DNA of 64,000 nt from Adineta vaga (lineage: Eukaryota; Animalia; Rotifera). Below, piece after piece: positions 25,753 through 38,871 of the stretch (its first letter is position 1; each line of letters starts with the position of its first letter). A program made the translations under genes and the position numbers. Below the pieces are notes generated by a model that saw nothing but the letters and a program-made list of their open reading frames with translations, did not search any database and was not told the origin of the DNA. The DNA is taken from NCBI GenBank assembly GCA_021613535.1, contig CP075494.1, positions 13,454,001 to 13,518,000 on the forward strand, given 5' to 3'.

Positions 25753-27634
25753 TTACCATAAAGATGGTGGTGGTGGTTGTTGTTGTTGTTGTTGAATTTG
25801 TTTAGCTAATTGAACAGGTGGACGAAAACGATTTGCCACATTCTAAAAATAGAAAAAAAATACAAATCAAATCGCCATGACGTTCTTTCCTACCTTTTTC
25901 TTTTTCGATTTGAGAATATTTTCATCTCTTTCAAATAATCCCATTGATCTTCCATCAATAGTTCCTTGTTCATTACGTAAAGCAGATGCAATTCGTTTGG
26001 CAGCTGTTTTATTTAAATGATGTACATCACGTAAATGTCCAGTTAAATAACGTAATTTAACTGTTGATTGACATGGTGTATGTGGAATACGTTCTTGATG
26101 TGGTAAAACAGCATTATAATTACTCAATGGACAAGATACATAAGCTGTTTCATTTAAAACTTGTTCATCAGGTCGAAATAAAATACGTTGACTACTATTT
26201 TCATTTTTCATCATGGCTTTAACTAATTTCATTGCACTAGCACGATTTAATTGATGAAATGCAAGAAAATGATCATATAAAGCAAAATCTTGTTGTTCAG
26301 TTGTTGGTGTACATAAACGAATACCATGTATGGGTCCAAGACCAAAGACATTATGTTGTGTTAATGGACATGGTGCACGAAAAAATGATGGAAGAATGGA
26401 AACAATAGAAGATTCCGTTGCCGAAAAGAATAATGTAGGATGATCATCAAGATCACCAGATGAAACAAGACGAACAATTTGCATGGAGGCAGCATAATTT
26501 AAATAATGATATTGTTTTAAATGTTCAAATAGAGATATCTGAGAATTTGATCGACGAATACAAGGAATATGACGAACTTGATGACGACGTTCAATACCAT
26601 AGGTATTCGTTGTCAATGGACAATAGTCACATTTATAGGTTTTTAATTCTCGAACCTAAATGAAAATGAAATTACGATATGTTTGTTTCAATGATATTGA
26701 TTATTTCTTACAGTTAAAGAATTGTGTGGTTGATTGATATCACTAGAATTAAATAGAAAACTTAGTTCGAAAATTTCAATCTAGAAGAATATTTACGTGT
26801 CGGGAAGTTCATCATCCGTTTCAGTGGATTTTCCAACTAAAATAATATATGAAAATCGATTTCGTTATTACGTTATGTTCGCTACTTACTATTTGAAGAT
26901 GAGGATAGATCTTGATTAGAGTACGAAGAAATTTCTACAGATAAAATAATGCTTAGTATTTCACCTCGTAAATTCCTATTTTCTTTTCTTACGTAGATCT
27001 TGTTTGATATTTGACGTTGAAAACAATCTTGAATCTAAAATAATACCCCAAAATTATTCTTCTTTCTCTCTCTGTTAATCTCGTATACTAACCACCAAAT
27101 GTTCCATACACACTTTCATCATTAAATGGAGTATTACTGGAATTGGTTGCTAAAATTCACCATCAAAATTAACGTTTTTGTTTTTATTCACAACTTTTCA
27201 TACAAACCTGTTGCTGTTTCATGTTCACCAATCAGTTGTCCAATTTTATCAATAACAGGTAGAAAAGCCGCTGTTTGTTGTAATCTTGCTAGACATGAGC
27301 GCATATTTACAAAATCATCTGGTCCAATATTGTTCATTCCCGTTGTTTTTGATTGTACATACGCATTCAATTGTCGAAAATGTTCCATTTCACTATCCAA
27401 CACTTGATTTAATTTCAATCGTTGTTCAGTTAAACGTTTATCAAATGAAGCTAATTGTGCTTGTTGTCTTCGTGCATCATCTAATAATCGTTGAAAATCA
27501 CTTGGAAATTGTTGTTGATGTTCAGCTAAATGTCTGATACAAAGAAATAACTGACAATGACGACAAATAGTAAATTGATATGCATCACATTGTGAATGTT
27601 GACATAATGAAGGAGATGATAATGTTGTAGCCAT
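25753..27634 (-). CDS. B-box-like + coiled-coil protein with three CPL..C..HxxxxH repeats (paralog of 12380-13803)
   Basis: LCQHSQC..ICRHCQLFLCIRHLAEHQ, coiled coil, several small exons, then CPLTTNTYG..PC..LFEHLKQYH, CPLTQHNVFG..LC..LYDHFLAFH and CPLSNYN..PC..LTGHLRDVH. The last exon ends QQQQQQPPPPSLW*. Confidence 0.72.
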
Positions 27635-28044
27635 GTGTCTTTTTTTTGTAAAGAAAAAAAAAGAAGAAAAAAAAAAAGATTTTTCTCAGTTGTAATGACT
27701 AATTGACAAACTGATCGATCAAATCATAAATCAACTAGAGAAATGAAATAAATAAACAAAACGACTGGAGAAAAGAAAACGAAACAAACATAACAATGAC
27801 ATCTATTCGATGATTGAAATTTAACGACATCTGGAAGTTCTTTTTCGACAAAGAAATTTAGTTTTGATTTTAGAAATTTGTTTTTTAAAGATTTATTAAA
27901 ATATTCATATTTCTTTTTTTTTTATAGAGGTCGGTATTGAATGATTATCATTCGATTGGCTTAAATGGATAGCAAACAAATGAATATATATATTCGAGTC
28001 GAAATAGAAAAATCTACTTTTTCATTTATTATAAAGCTTGCGTA

Positions 28045-28527
28045 ATGCCGAAAAAATCTCGTTCAAAAAATAAAAGTCATAGTGGTGTGGATAAAAAGGG
28101 TAAAATATTAAAAACCAAACGAAAAACCAAAGATCTCGATGAAATTCAAGGACATATGGCTGCTGATACAGCTCGTCATTTATTAAATCAACCAATTGAT
28201 TATGATATACCTGGTGCTGGACAACATTACTGTCTTTATTGCGCGTAAGAGGAGACAATTTCTTTAGATAATCAATACGACTTTCTTTCATCTAGACGAT
28301 ATTTTATCGATGATCATAATTTACAACATCATTTGAAAAGTAAAGTTCATAAAAAACGAGTAAAAGATTTAAAAACAGAAGCATATACATTGGAAGAAGC
28401 TGAACGAGCAGCTGGTAAAGGACAATATCGAGCACCAAAACCCGTTCATGTGCCAATGGATCAAAACAATCTTTACAAAATGGAAACTGATTTTACTGAT
28501 GAGATTGTTTTGTCTGAAAATAAATAA
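28045..28527 (+). CDS. ZNF593: Zinc finger protein 593 / Bud20 ribosome-biogenesis factor, 2 exons
   Basis: [34 protein letters not shown]...HLKSKVHKKRVKDLK.EAYTLEEAERAAGKG; intron ~28245-28294. Confidence 0.95.
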
Positions 28528-29110
28528 TATCCTTGTTTTGATTTGTTAAATCCTTATGTTATGTGTGAGAGACTACTTATAAAACTATATCGAACGATTC
28601 GAGCACGAAAATGAATGATTAGTTTTATAAATTGATTAGTCGACAATCGATTTCAATCTGAAATTTTTACACTTCATATATTTTGTAGGAGAAAACGATC
28701 ACTGAACTTAAGAAATCAGTTTTTTGGAATCTAAAATACAGTTGATAATATCTGATGTTTTTCTGTAGATTTCTATCGGAATCAAGACCATTAGAAAGGT
28801 TGAAAGTTAATTTCTTTGCTTCCCGTTACTGAAACATGATTTAATACAATGTGATACGTCTAAAAATGAATTGCATTATGAAGTCTTACATTCTATCAAT
28901 GTTTAGAGTGAGAATTGCAACCATTGATAGTTCTGATTAAAAAGATAATTGTATGATGCATACTGAAGTTACTTAACGGCTTGCCAAAGTCTATAGACTC
29001 TATCTAACATTAAGAACTATACGACATAGTTTTCAAGTGTTTTCTCAAAAACGAAAAATAGTTCGTTTCGTTATTCTCAGTTATGCTACTTTTCGAAACA
29101 GCATCTTTAG

Positions 29111-29507
29111 TAGGGAACTGCAAAATGGTCCCGGTCCCGCGGGACTGGGACCGGGACCAAATTTCTCTTAGTTACCGGGACCGGGACCAAGGCTAAAATT
29201 GTCAGCTAATTCCTCAATGTTTTTATCAAGTATGAGACTAGATATTTGCTTATTTATTTATTTTTCTTTAATTAAGAATTGACAAATGTGTTATTTTATA
29301 GTTCAAGAAAAATCGTATAGATCGAATTTACAATCGAAAAAGCGAGAATTTTCGTGAACTTCATATTTTTTTTGCATAGATGAAGACAACACCTGAATTA
29401 TTCTTAAGCTTTTATCAAGACCGGGACCAGCGGGACCGGGACCAAAAAGATTTTACCGGGACCGGGACGGGACCGGGACCGAAAAAAAGTGATTTTGCAG
29501 TTCCCTA
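29111..29507. mobile_element. hAT-type MITE, 397 bp
   Basis: 16-bp perfect TIR TAGGGAACTGCAAAAT / ATTTTGCAGTTCCCTA; perfect 8-bp TSD ATCTTTAG (29103-29110 and 29508-29515); subterminal CCGGGA/GGGACC repeats at both ends; no ORF. Confidence 0.93.
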
Positions 29508-31282
29508 ATCTTTAGTCTTATCAAATATCACAAATGCTTGGTTGATATCAATACTATCGCAGTTAAATCGTTGAGAACTGCAGTAAAACTTATAGTTAAT
29601 TCTTATAGTGTATTATACACTTCATTACATTCATCTGGCGAATTGTTTGTTAATATATTGATCAATTTCGGTTACTAGTTGTTGTCTGGTGTATAGTCAT
29701 CTCTATGTATATCAAAAGATTTCGAGTTTTCGGATATAGTTCTATTAAAGTTATCTTCTATTTCGAGAACATTCTTGGGAATGCTTTTTTATTCACAAAA
29801 AACATGTGTTCAAATAATGTCAGAGCAAAAGTTCATTAAATTACGAAGAAAGATATCTTTCGCCAGATAAAAACTCAAAATGCTTGTACAAATTTTTGAA
29901 AAATATTTGTCAAAAGGAAACTTTATTACGATAGGGGTTTTGTAATGCTAGTTTTGAACTTTTCAATAAGAAGAAGAATTCTAATGAAGGAAGATTTATA
30001 ATAGAAAAAGGATATTAATGAGACTAGATCTTATTGAACTAAAATTTCACAATCACAAGATATAGAATAAACTACCGCCATAGCAATAGTGTATGACATT
30101 AACCTTTACCATAAAACTAAATACTATCGTCCGCAACTCTTAAACGATTATATGATTTCGCTTTTAACTTCCTTCAAGTCAATCTTGACGCCTGTCACAG
30201 TAATACATGTTGTAGTATTAACTAAAATTCCCAATTCTCTTCGATCTGTGTTCTATCTATTTTGCGAACTTTTCAATATAGAATGCTTCAACCTCTGCAA
30301 CGGTCATTTTTGTGCACCGTCGCTCGTTACAAACTGTGACTTCATCATTGAAACTAGATTAATCATTTCATATATTATTTTTCAAATATCACGTTATCTA
30401 TTAATAATGATTCAACGTTATTTTGCTTTAATTCTCCATAATACCCAAATGAAAAAACAATGGATTGATCAGCATTATCTTGCACTGACCTTTTAACTAT
30501 CAATAACAAACTGACGGTTATTTCGATGGAACATATTTCTTCAAGAACTTCGTACATGTTGTTTCGATAGTAACGTGTTTTACCTACTCTAAACACTCTC
30601 TCCTATACTTTCAATTTATCTATATTCTGTATGCTTGTACGTATGAAGAATCATAAACAACAACAAAAGCAGTGGAGAATGACAGAGGAGTTGCTATCTC
30701 GCACGAATTCCAACTCTTATTGCCTGCATGCCGATAAACATATATGATTTTTGAGTGAACACCATATGGTGTACATTCTGTTTTACCTTGAATAGATATT
30801 ATTTATTTCTTGTCAATATATTATATACCACAAATATTTAATGAAAGAATATTAGATCGTTATTTATTTGTTGACCATAATTCAACACTTCATCGCAATT
30901 TCCACACAAATATTTGCATCTTCGTCGTCATCCGAAACAATGAATTCTCCATTATAATGGAGAGTGCTCTTCCGCAAACGTATAACATGCTATAAGTTTC
31001 TATAAACATTTGAGTGATACTTTCACTTCGAAATAGAAATATAAACCAGCTCCCGAAGAATCATTTACACACGGCACTATAAAACAATGAGACTCCATCC
31101 TTCGATCTTTTATTTTCATTTAAACGCATACAAACTAGGTGGTATACCGTACGCCACAGAAAATCTGAGAGCCAACACGACTCTTCCAAATTTTATTTAC
31201 ACCCACAAATAGCAGCATCTATATTTATTGGCTTACCTCAAACTCAAAGTTGATAGTTAATGGAATGATCAACAATAATATT

Positions 31283-32344
31283 ATACATGAACAGTGCTGA
31301 CGAAAGTTCTATTCATCTGTTCTATACACATCGAAATTGACAACGATTGCAAAACAGATCATCCACAATACTACCATACATGAGCAGTTCTAATCAAAGT
31401 TCTATTCATCTGTTCTATACACATCAAACCTAACAACGATTGCAAAACAGATCATCCACAATACTATCATACGTGAACAGTGCTGACGAAAGTTCTATTC
31501 ATCTATTAAATACACATAAAACCTGACAACGATTGCAAAACAGATCATCCACAGTACTATCATACGTGAACAATTCTCATAAAGGTTCAATTCATCTAAC
31601 AAATACACATCAAACCTGACAACGATTGCAAAACAGATCATCCACAGTACTATCATACATGAACAGTTCTAAAAAGAGTTCAATTCATCTATTAAATACA
31701 CATCAAACCTAACAACGATTGCAAAACAGATCATCCACAATACTATCATACGTGAACAGTGCTGACGAAAGTTCTATTCATCTGTTCTATACACATCGAA
31801 ATTGACAACGATTGCAAAACAGATCATCCACAATACTACCATACATGAACAGTTCTAATCAAAGTTCTATTCATCTGTTCTATACACATCAAACCTAACA
31901 ACGATTGCAAAACAGATCATCCACAATACTACCATACATGAACAGTTCTAATCAAAGTTCTATTCATCTGTTCTATACACATCAAACCTAACAACGATTG
32001 CAAAACAGATCATCCACAATACTATCATACATGAACAGTTCTAATGAAAGTTCTATTCATCTGTTCTATACACATCGAACCTAACAACGATTGCAAAACA
32101 GATCATCCACAGTACTATCATACATGAACAGTTCTAAAAAGAGTTCAATTCATCTATTAAATACACATCAAACCTAACAACGATTGCAAAACAGATCATC
32201 CACAGTACTATCATACATGAACAGTTCTAAAAAGAGTTCAATTCATCTATTAAATACACATCAAACCTAACAACGATTGCAAAACAGATCATCCACAATA
32301 CTATCATACGTGAACAGTGCTGACGAAAGTTCTATTCATCTATT
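31283..32344. repeat. 93-bp minisatellite, ~11.5 copies
   Basis: The core gattgcaaaacagatcatccaca recurs at 31345, 31438, 31531, 31624... in 93-bp steps. The unit I translated has stops in all six frames and the ORF track lists nothing here. Confidence 0.96.
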
Positions 32345-34198
32345 TTATCTGGTAAAAGCGGTTCAATACTACATGGTCGTTGTCACGAAAAATATGGTAA
32401 ATGATTGATGTCAATTGCAGGTGTAAAAAGACGATTCAAAAATGGTTATTCGTATGAAATAGCCATAAAGAACGGGTTTATAATTTAGAATTAGAGGATA
32501 AGTGAATAGGTTACACCATTTCTCTGTTCTATAATCTTGTTGGAATTGACATAATATTTTATGTTTTAAAAATGTTTGAAGAATTCATCATAACGACACA
32601 ATAACAAGGAAGTATTCATTGAGTTACAGTATCAACGAAGAACAAGAGTTACATAATATTTAATCCATTGAAAACGCTGTACCAAATGAATACGATAAAT
32701 GAGAGTCTTGTCGGATATTGTGATAATCTTCAACGAAAAATACTTTCAGCAAACAGATTATTGAAAATTCTTTGATAAGTGAATAAATTCAACGCAGTAT
32801 AGATCTGTATATCATATATACAGTTTCTGACAGATGAATACTTTGTACTTGATGGATTGCTATGAATCTTGAGAACGATTCTTTTCCAATGGGTCTGTTT
32901 CATTATATTGAGTTGAATAGATTCAATATTGTAACATTATGGTTGATTTAATATTATGGATTATGTCAATGACTATCACCGTCTTTATCAAAATTTGGTT
33001 CAAATACTACACAAAGTGCAGCCCATAGCTGAAGGTTTACTATATGATGGGAGTGAGCAAGAAAACATGATAGGTACAACAACTGGTTTGTTCATTATTC
33101 TAACATGATTGTGAAAGTATTTCGTAACTGAAAGGCAATCGAATTCAGTACGTACTCAATGAATATATACAATACCAATAAGTGTATTCATCTACTATGT
33201 AGAAATTAAACGCATATGTGACATTTGATTATTCGTTGACAGCTGTATTGTAGGCAAATATATGGAATCAACATGTTATTCAAATATCTTCATCATATTC
33301 ATTTCAATAGTAACTCTATATAAACAATTTCAAAGGTCGTATGGTAAACGTATAGTTCTGACTACATTTGCCAAAGTCTTATTCATCAATTTTCATTGTG
33401 CAATCAAAAGGTTATAGACAAGTGACAGTTAAAAACTGCAGTTGAAATGAATGATTATCACATTTATCACAAACACGACCTTTATGAATTTGCTCATTTA
33501 TCGAGTAATCTAATGCTAATAAATACTTTTCATTCCTTCTAACACTAAAGATTACATCGAGGATGAATATTCAAACACCAGAGCTTCTCTCGGACAGGTA
33601 TTGAAGGGACTGGTACTACTTCTAAATTACAAAAATATGATTTCAAATTGAAATGAAAAAGACAGTCTACTGTACATTTTAGAATAAAAAGATATCAAAG
33701 TTTAACATATCAACTTTTTACGTAAGAACTTCACAGAGAAGAGTAGTTTAGATTTCATTGTGGTAACCGAAAACAGATTTTGATTTCAGGAAATCTAAGA
33801 AACATCTAACAAATCTCGTAGTGATTGATCAATCGGGAAAATATGCGTATTTTTGCGAAACATCATGGAATTGGTTTCCAACAATATCGCAATATTTTCG
33901 AGTGTTGGACATCAAATTTTAGAAATATCGAAATATGCATATATTCCAAAACAGAAGTTCTTCAATTTCTTCTTATCAAATTTCATTTTTTTATGATGTG
34001 ATTGATAGTTCGATCTAATATGACAACTTGCCAGTATTTTCGTAGACGAGACATGTCATATGTGAACATAACATGTACCCAATGGATGGATGTATTTATG
34101 AAGCAGTAGTTTTTAATCGAAAAAATATAATAAATTGCCAGAATTCTCATTTTGAGTAAAATGAAACATGAAAGTTATCTCAAAAGAGAAAATAACTA

Positions 34199-34759
34199 TT
34201 AACTGAGGAGCTTACCAATGCGTGGTTGAAATTTCTGTTCTTCGACATAAATAAGACGCTGCCAATCTATTTTATTGCTTTGCTCTGTATGAAGTTTAAT
34301 CGTAGCTGGTTGCGTTGATTGTCGTAAGGCCGTTTTAAAATCATTGATCCTCTGAGTCAGCCGTGTTAAATCTTTTTCAACATAATTTTCACTTTCTTTC
34401 AAATGTGCTATCTCATTGGAAAAATCTCTGAATTCACTATTTATTTGTGTTTTTCTGAAATTTAATAGATGGATCACTTGTTGATGGACATTCGCAGCAA
34501 TTTGTTTCACTTTTTCAATAGTATTATCGCGCCATTGTTCGATCTCTCTAAGTAAAGGACTTTGGTGTTCCTTATGCTGCTCCACGGTGTTGATCTGCTC
34601 TTGCAGAAGATTTCGTTCTTCAATAACTTTATCGATTTCAGTAAGCATTCCTTCGCGATGAGCTCGAAAATCTTTCCAACAAAAATAATTCTCACATCCC
34701 GTGCAGAACATTTGTCCGAGTTCTTTGGTGCATAACGAACATCGTTTTGCAGTTGCCAT
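34199..34759 (-). CDS. B-box-like zinc finger + coiled-coil protein (3' end uncertain; splice donor at ~34215)
   Basis: MATAKRCSLCTKELGQMFCTGCENYFCWKDFRAHR followed by a long heptad-rich region. Confidence 0.75.
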   Translation of the reverse strand: MATAKRCSLCTKELGQMFCTGCENYFCWKDFRAHREGMLTEIDKVIEERNLLQEQINTVEQHKEHQSPLLREIEQWRDNTIEKVKQIAANVHQQVIHLLNFRKTQINSEFRDFSNEIAHLKESENYVEKDLTRLTQRINDFKTALRQSTQPATIKLHTEQSNKIDWQRLIYVEEQKFQPRIGKLLS

Positions 34760-35910
34760 CTCTGAAAATATAAATGAAAGTAAGTATAAGTGTACAAAAC
34801 AAAACAAAACAGATCCATCTGTCAATCTCAACAAAAAATACAGATATTATCTGACACAAACTTATGAAAGCTAATATAAAGCAAATAAATATGAACTGTT
34901 TTCGCGTACAAATCGATTGCAGTATTAAACTCAATTCATCCTAGAAACTAACTGAATATTCATATTTTATTCGAAAACATGTAGTTTCAAAAGTTACTTA
35001 TGACATATACTTCCCTCTCGGTTAATGAATCTCAGCTACCTTTTTCAGTCCGATGAATTTTTTCTTCACTTGCACACAACAGAAGAAAATGAAAAGTGAG
35101 TTTATATAGCGTTCACTGCTTTCTCTCGCACACTAGGAAGAAGGAAAAAAGAAAAAAGCATCTTGAATTTCGTGTTGTTGATACAGGGTAAACATATTTA
35201 TCATACAAAGGATGATAATAAGTGAAGAGCGAGCAATCTTTTTCACATACGGCACACGTATTCAACACAAATATATTTTTGAATAAAATAGCGCTGAGAT
35301 ACAAATACTTTGACTAAAATCTAGTGTAGGACGAAAAATTACACTGTAATACATCAATACACATTCAGAATTCTGTCATAATCGGATGTACTCTGATTCG
35401 CTAAATAGTCATACATGAGTAAAAGTGAAGGAGAGGATGTTCTCCACAGTTGTTTTAATATTAAAGATATACCTGACTGAAAAATAAAATATATTGTTTT
35501 TCATTTCAACTAAATATACAGAACGTAGAAAAATTTGAATTCTTTTGCTATATTAGTTGCACGTTTGTAATACTTTTTTAAAATATCTGAATTAACATAC
35601 CATACGAAAATGAATACACTAAACGATGTTGATAAAACAATACATTGTTGAATGCGACTAATAGAGACCTCTTTTGAGTAAGTTGAGTATTGAGTAGTCT
35701 TTTCATCGATTAGAAAAGACTCATTCTTCCTTCATCTTCCTTGCTTGACTTGTTTGCGTAATTACTCCGAACGAGTGTGATAATTATTTTTGTTGGTTTA
35801 GTTCTTTGGTGTGACTCAAAACAATAGTTCATTTTGTGATCAGTTTACAATTAAATAATAAATAAATTTATTATAATTCTTTCTCTTTTTTGTTTTGCTG
35901 TAATTCAACA

Positions 35911-37181
35911 ATGTTTATACGTGTAGCTGAACATCCTAAACATTATGAAGATAGTATTGAAATTCCAATTGATGGAGGTGCTGATGGATCAGTTTCGTTG
36001 AGTACACTTGCTGCTCAATTTCATGGTGTGAGTGCATTGAAATATCGCCATTCTGAGACGAGTGTGTGGAGAGGGTGAGTGAATGTGTTTGTTGTTCTCA
36101 ATTCAATGTATGTGGAGTGAAAATGTGTGGTGGTTTCTAAACCTCCTCATTTTGCGCTCATTCAACTTTGATATTCAATCGAACTTTTTATTTATTTATG
36201 TACATTATTGTTTTTCTCTCAGTGTGCGTGTAGTAGACGGCAAACTTTATCATCCAGATGGTGTGTGGAATTTAGATACTATTTATGTTCCTGTCTATTC
36301 AAAACGTGAGTGTAGATTTTTAGTGTATGATCGTGGTTATGGGTTGTTTTATTCGATTAGCTAATCCAGTAGATGTTAAACGAAAAGGTTTTGATGAACA
36401 AGATGATACTACAGTTACATATACGGAACAATGTAAAACGCAGAAAGTTGATAATAGATCAGAGATAGGTGAAAGCGTTAGTGATCCAAATCGTCGTTGT
36501 GTTGATTTAATTGTTCTGGGAATAAGTTATCAAAGTGTCGAAGCTGATGTTCGAAAATGTTTCGAAATATTTGGTGAATTAGAATTATGTGAAGTAATTA
36601 TTAACAAACAAGAACTTAATCTATTTTTCTTCTTTAATAAATTATTTTTAGATCAAACGTGATGCAAATGGACAATCGCGAGGTTTTGGTTTTATTCGTT
36701 ATAAAAATTATGAATCTCAAGTAACTGTGATAAATAAACGACATTTTATTGACGGAAGATATGTAGATGTCAAATTGCCTGATTCAAAAGTAAGATAAGT
36801 TTGTTTAGATTTTCATCATATATATATATATATTTTCTATTTGAAATTCTACAGATTAGCATTCATGAACCCGAATGTGCACGAAAAATTTTTGTTACTC
36901 GTTTATCTGATAATACTACTGAAGATGATCTAAAACAATATTTTTCAAAATATGGTACTATTCAAGATGTATATATACCAAAACCACCACGTTCATTCGG
37001 TTTTGTTACATTTCATGATTCTAATATTGTTCGAACATTATTCGGCAGTCATATTATCAATGGTAAATTATGCATATTTCAAATGTTTTATTCTATTTCT
37101 TTGTTTCTTTCTTTCAGGTCGAAATGTAACTGTTGGTTTAGCAGAACCAAAACAAAGACCTATTAGTATAGCTGATTACTC

Positions 37182-37217
<36 letters not shown>

Positions 37218-37452
37218 TAAACGTGCTAAAGCAAGTCATGCTAGTTTACATTCGATGACAACCTATAATACTTCAACACCATACACATATTATCCTCCGA
37301 CATACGGTCAATCACCCACTGCTGATAGAGTTTATTCATATTATCCACCATACAATGCTGATACCAGCAGTTCATCTAAAGATCAATATTCGAGTTCTTC
37401 ACAATTCTATTGGAATGATACTCATAATGAAACAACTGGTATTTGGCAATAA
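35911..37452 (+). CDS. TARDBP: TAR DNA-binding protein 43 homolog, 6 exons
   Basis: N-terminal domain FIRVAE...IEIP..DGSVSLSTLAAQFHGVSALKYR...WRGVRVVDGKLY; RRM1 DLIVLG...RGFGFIRY...RHFIDGR; RRM2 RKIFVTRL...DVYIPKPPRSFGFVTF. Confidence 0.92.
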
Positions 37453-37737
37453 GAACTTTACTGATACTTATATTTGGCAGTACTTTTTCAATTAAAAACT
37501 GTGTTTGCTAAATACACAAAGTACAACAATAAAGCAGATTCTTCTTTTCTTTTCTTTTCTTTTCTTGTCTATTCGACGTTAGATAGAACTAATTGTTAAC
37601 AACTTGAAAAAAATAAAATCTACTAATTCTATTGAAAGATATATGGTTTTAATTCTGCACTAATTATATTTTACAGAAAGAAAAAAAAATTTCGTTACTG
37701 TAAAAAGTTTAGAAAAAAAAGAAGCCTATGTTGAAGT

Positions 37738-38871
37738 TCAAACCCATTTGAGCGTTGTCGATTGTAATGGCATTTCTGTTAATGACCAAGATTTCGAATT
37801 TTTTTGTCGTTCAGTTATAACCATTTGTAAATAGCCAATATTTAATGAGAGAGTAAACAAATCATAAACATTAGGTTGACGTCCAACTAAATCCCATGTT
37901 AGTGTTTCAGGTGAGGTAGCATGACCAACAATAAGAATATTGAATGTTGAAGGCGAAGATGAATTACTATGTGTTTGTTCAATTTGACGAATAATAAATT
38001 TCGAACGAAGATAATAAGCACTTTCACGTTCCAATGGATCAATATTTTGCATAATAGGTTGATAAGATAGATCAACATTAATACCATAATTATACCAATC
38101 AATGGGTTTGAGAAAAAAACTCATACCAAATCGTGCTGCACCTAATTCTAATAGGCCAGGTTCAATACGAATTGATAGCTTATTTTCTAAACCAAGACCT
38201 TTCAATATTTGATACGTCGTAAAAATGCATCGCATAGCTGGTGAAGAATAAACATAAGCTGGTTCAAATTGATTCAATCCAAGTACTCGACCAACATTTT
38301 GTGCAGCATTTAAACCATCACGTGTTAATGGTGTATCAAGTGCCCAAAAATATTTATTTGGACGTGATGGTAATTCTGGTGGATAATTTATATGATACGG
38401 TCGATATTGCCCTAGATGATCGAAGGCTAGCATAAACCAATTTGAACCAAAATATCGATCGACTCGTTCACCATGTCGTATAATAAAAAATCGCATATCA
38501 CAACCATCAGGCAATGATTGACCTTGCGAAAATAATTGTTCATGCGAGCAATGATGATGTTGGTGTTGATGATGACGATACTGATGTTGATAAATATCCT
38601 TTTCATAATACTCGGATGGTGGTTGTATTAATGATTCAGAACGTGATGGAGCTCGTGGATAAATATATCGAGTGAGAGTTTTTTTTCTCGATAATGTTTT
38701 AGATTTATGTCGTGAACGAACAGTACAATTAAGAGATTCAGTTGATTTAATTGGTATTCGAACTGTTGATGAAGCTGATTTTATAAATACATGGCGTTTA
38801 ATTGTTCCACAGCCTAAATCCAAATCTTCATCTATATGAAGTGAATCTGTATCATCACCTGTCTTGGTCAT
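37738..38871 (-). CDS. Histidine phosphatase (phosphoglycerate-mutase superfamily), UBASH3/Sts-like domain
   Basis: FFIIRHGERVD, DTPLTRDG, VYSSPAMRCIFT, IRIEPGLLE, ILIVGHA; single long ORF. Confidence 0.88.
   Translation of the reverse strand: MTKTGDDTDSLHIDEDLDLGCGTIKRHVFIKSASSTVRIPIKSTESLNCTVRSRHKSKTLSRKKTLTRYIYPRAPSRSESLIQPPSEYYEKDIYQHQYRHHQHQHHHCSHEQLFSQGQSLPDGCDMRFFIIRHGERVDRYFGSNWFMLAFDHLGQYRPYHINYPPELPSRPNKYFWALDTPLTRDGLNAAQNVGRVLGLNQFEPAYVYSSPAMRCIFTTYQILKGLGLENKLSIRIEPGLLELGAARFGMSFFLKPIDWYNYGINVDLSYQPIMQNIDPLERESAYYLRSKFIIRQIEQTHSNSSSPSTFNILIVGHATSPETLTWDLVGRQPNVYDLFTLSLNIGYLQMVITERQKNSKSWSLTEMPLQSTTLKWV

Noticed and set aside
31283-32344. CRISPR-like array (constant core alternating with variable parts)
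   Set aside because: The variable parts are homologous recurring variants, not unique spacers; there are no cas genes and the context is eukaryotic.
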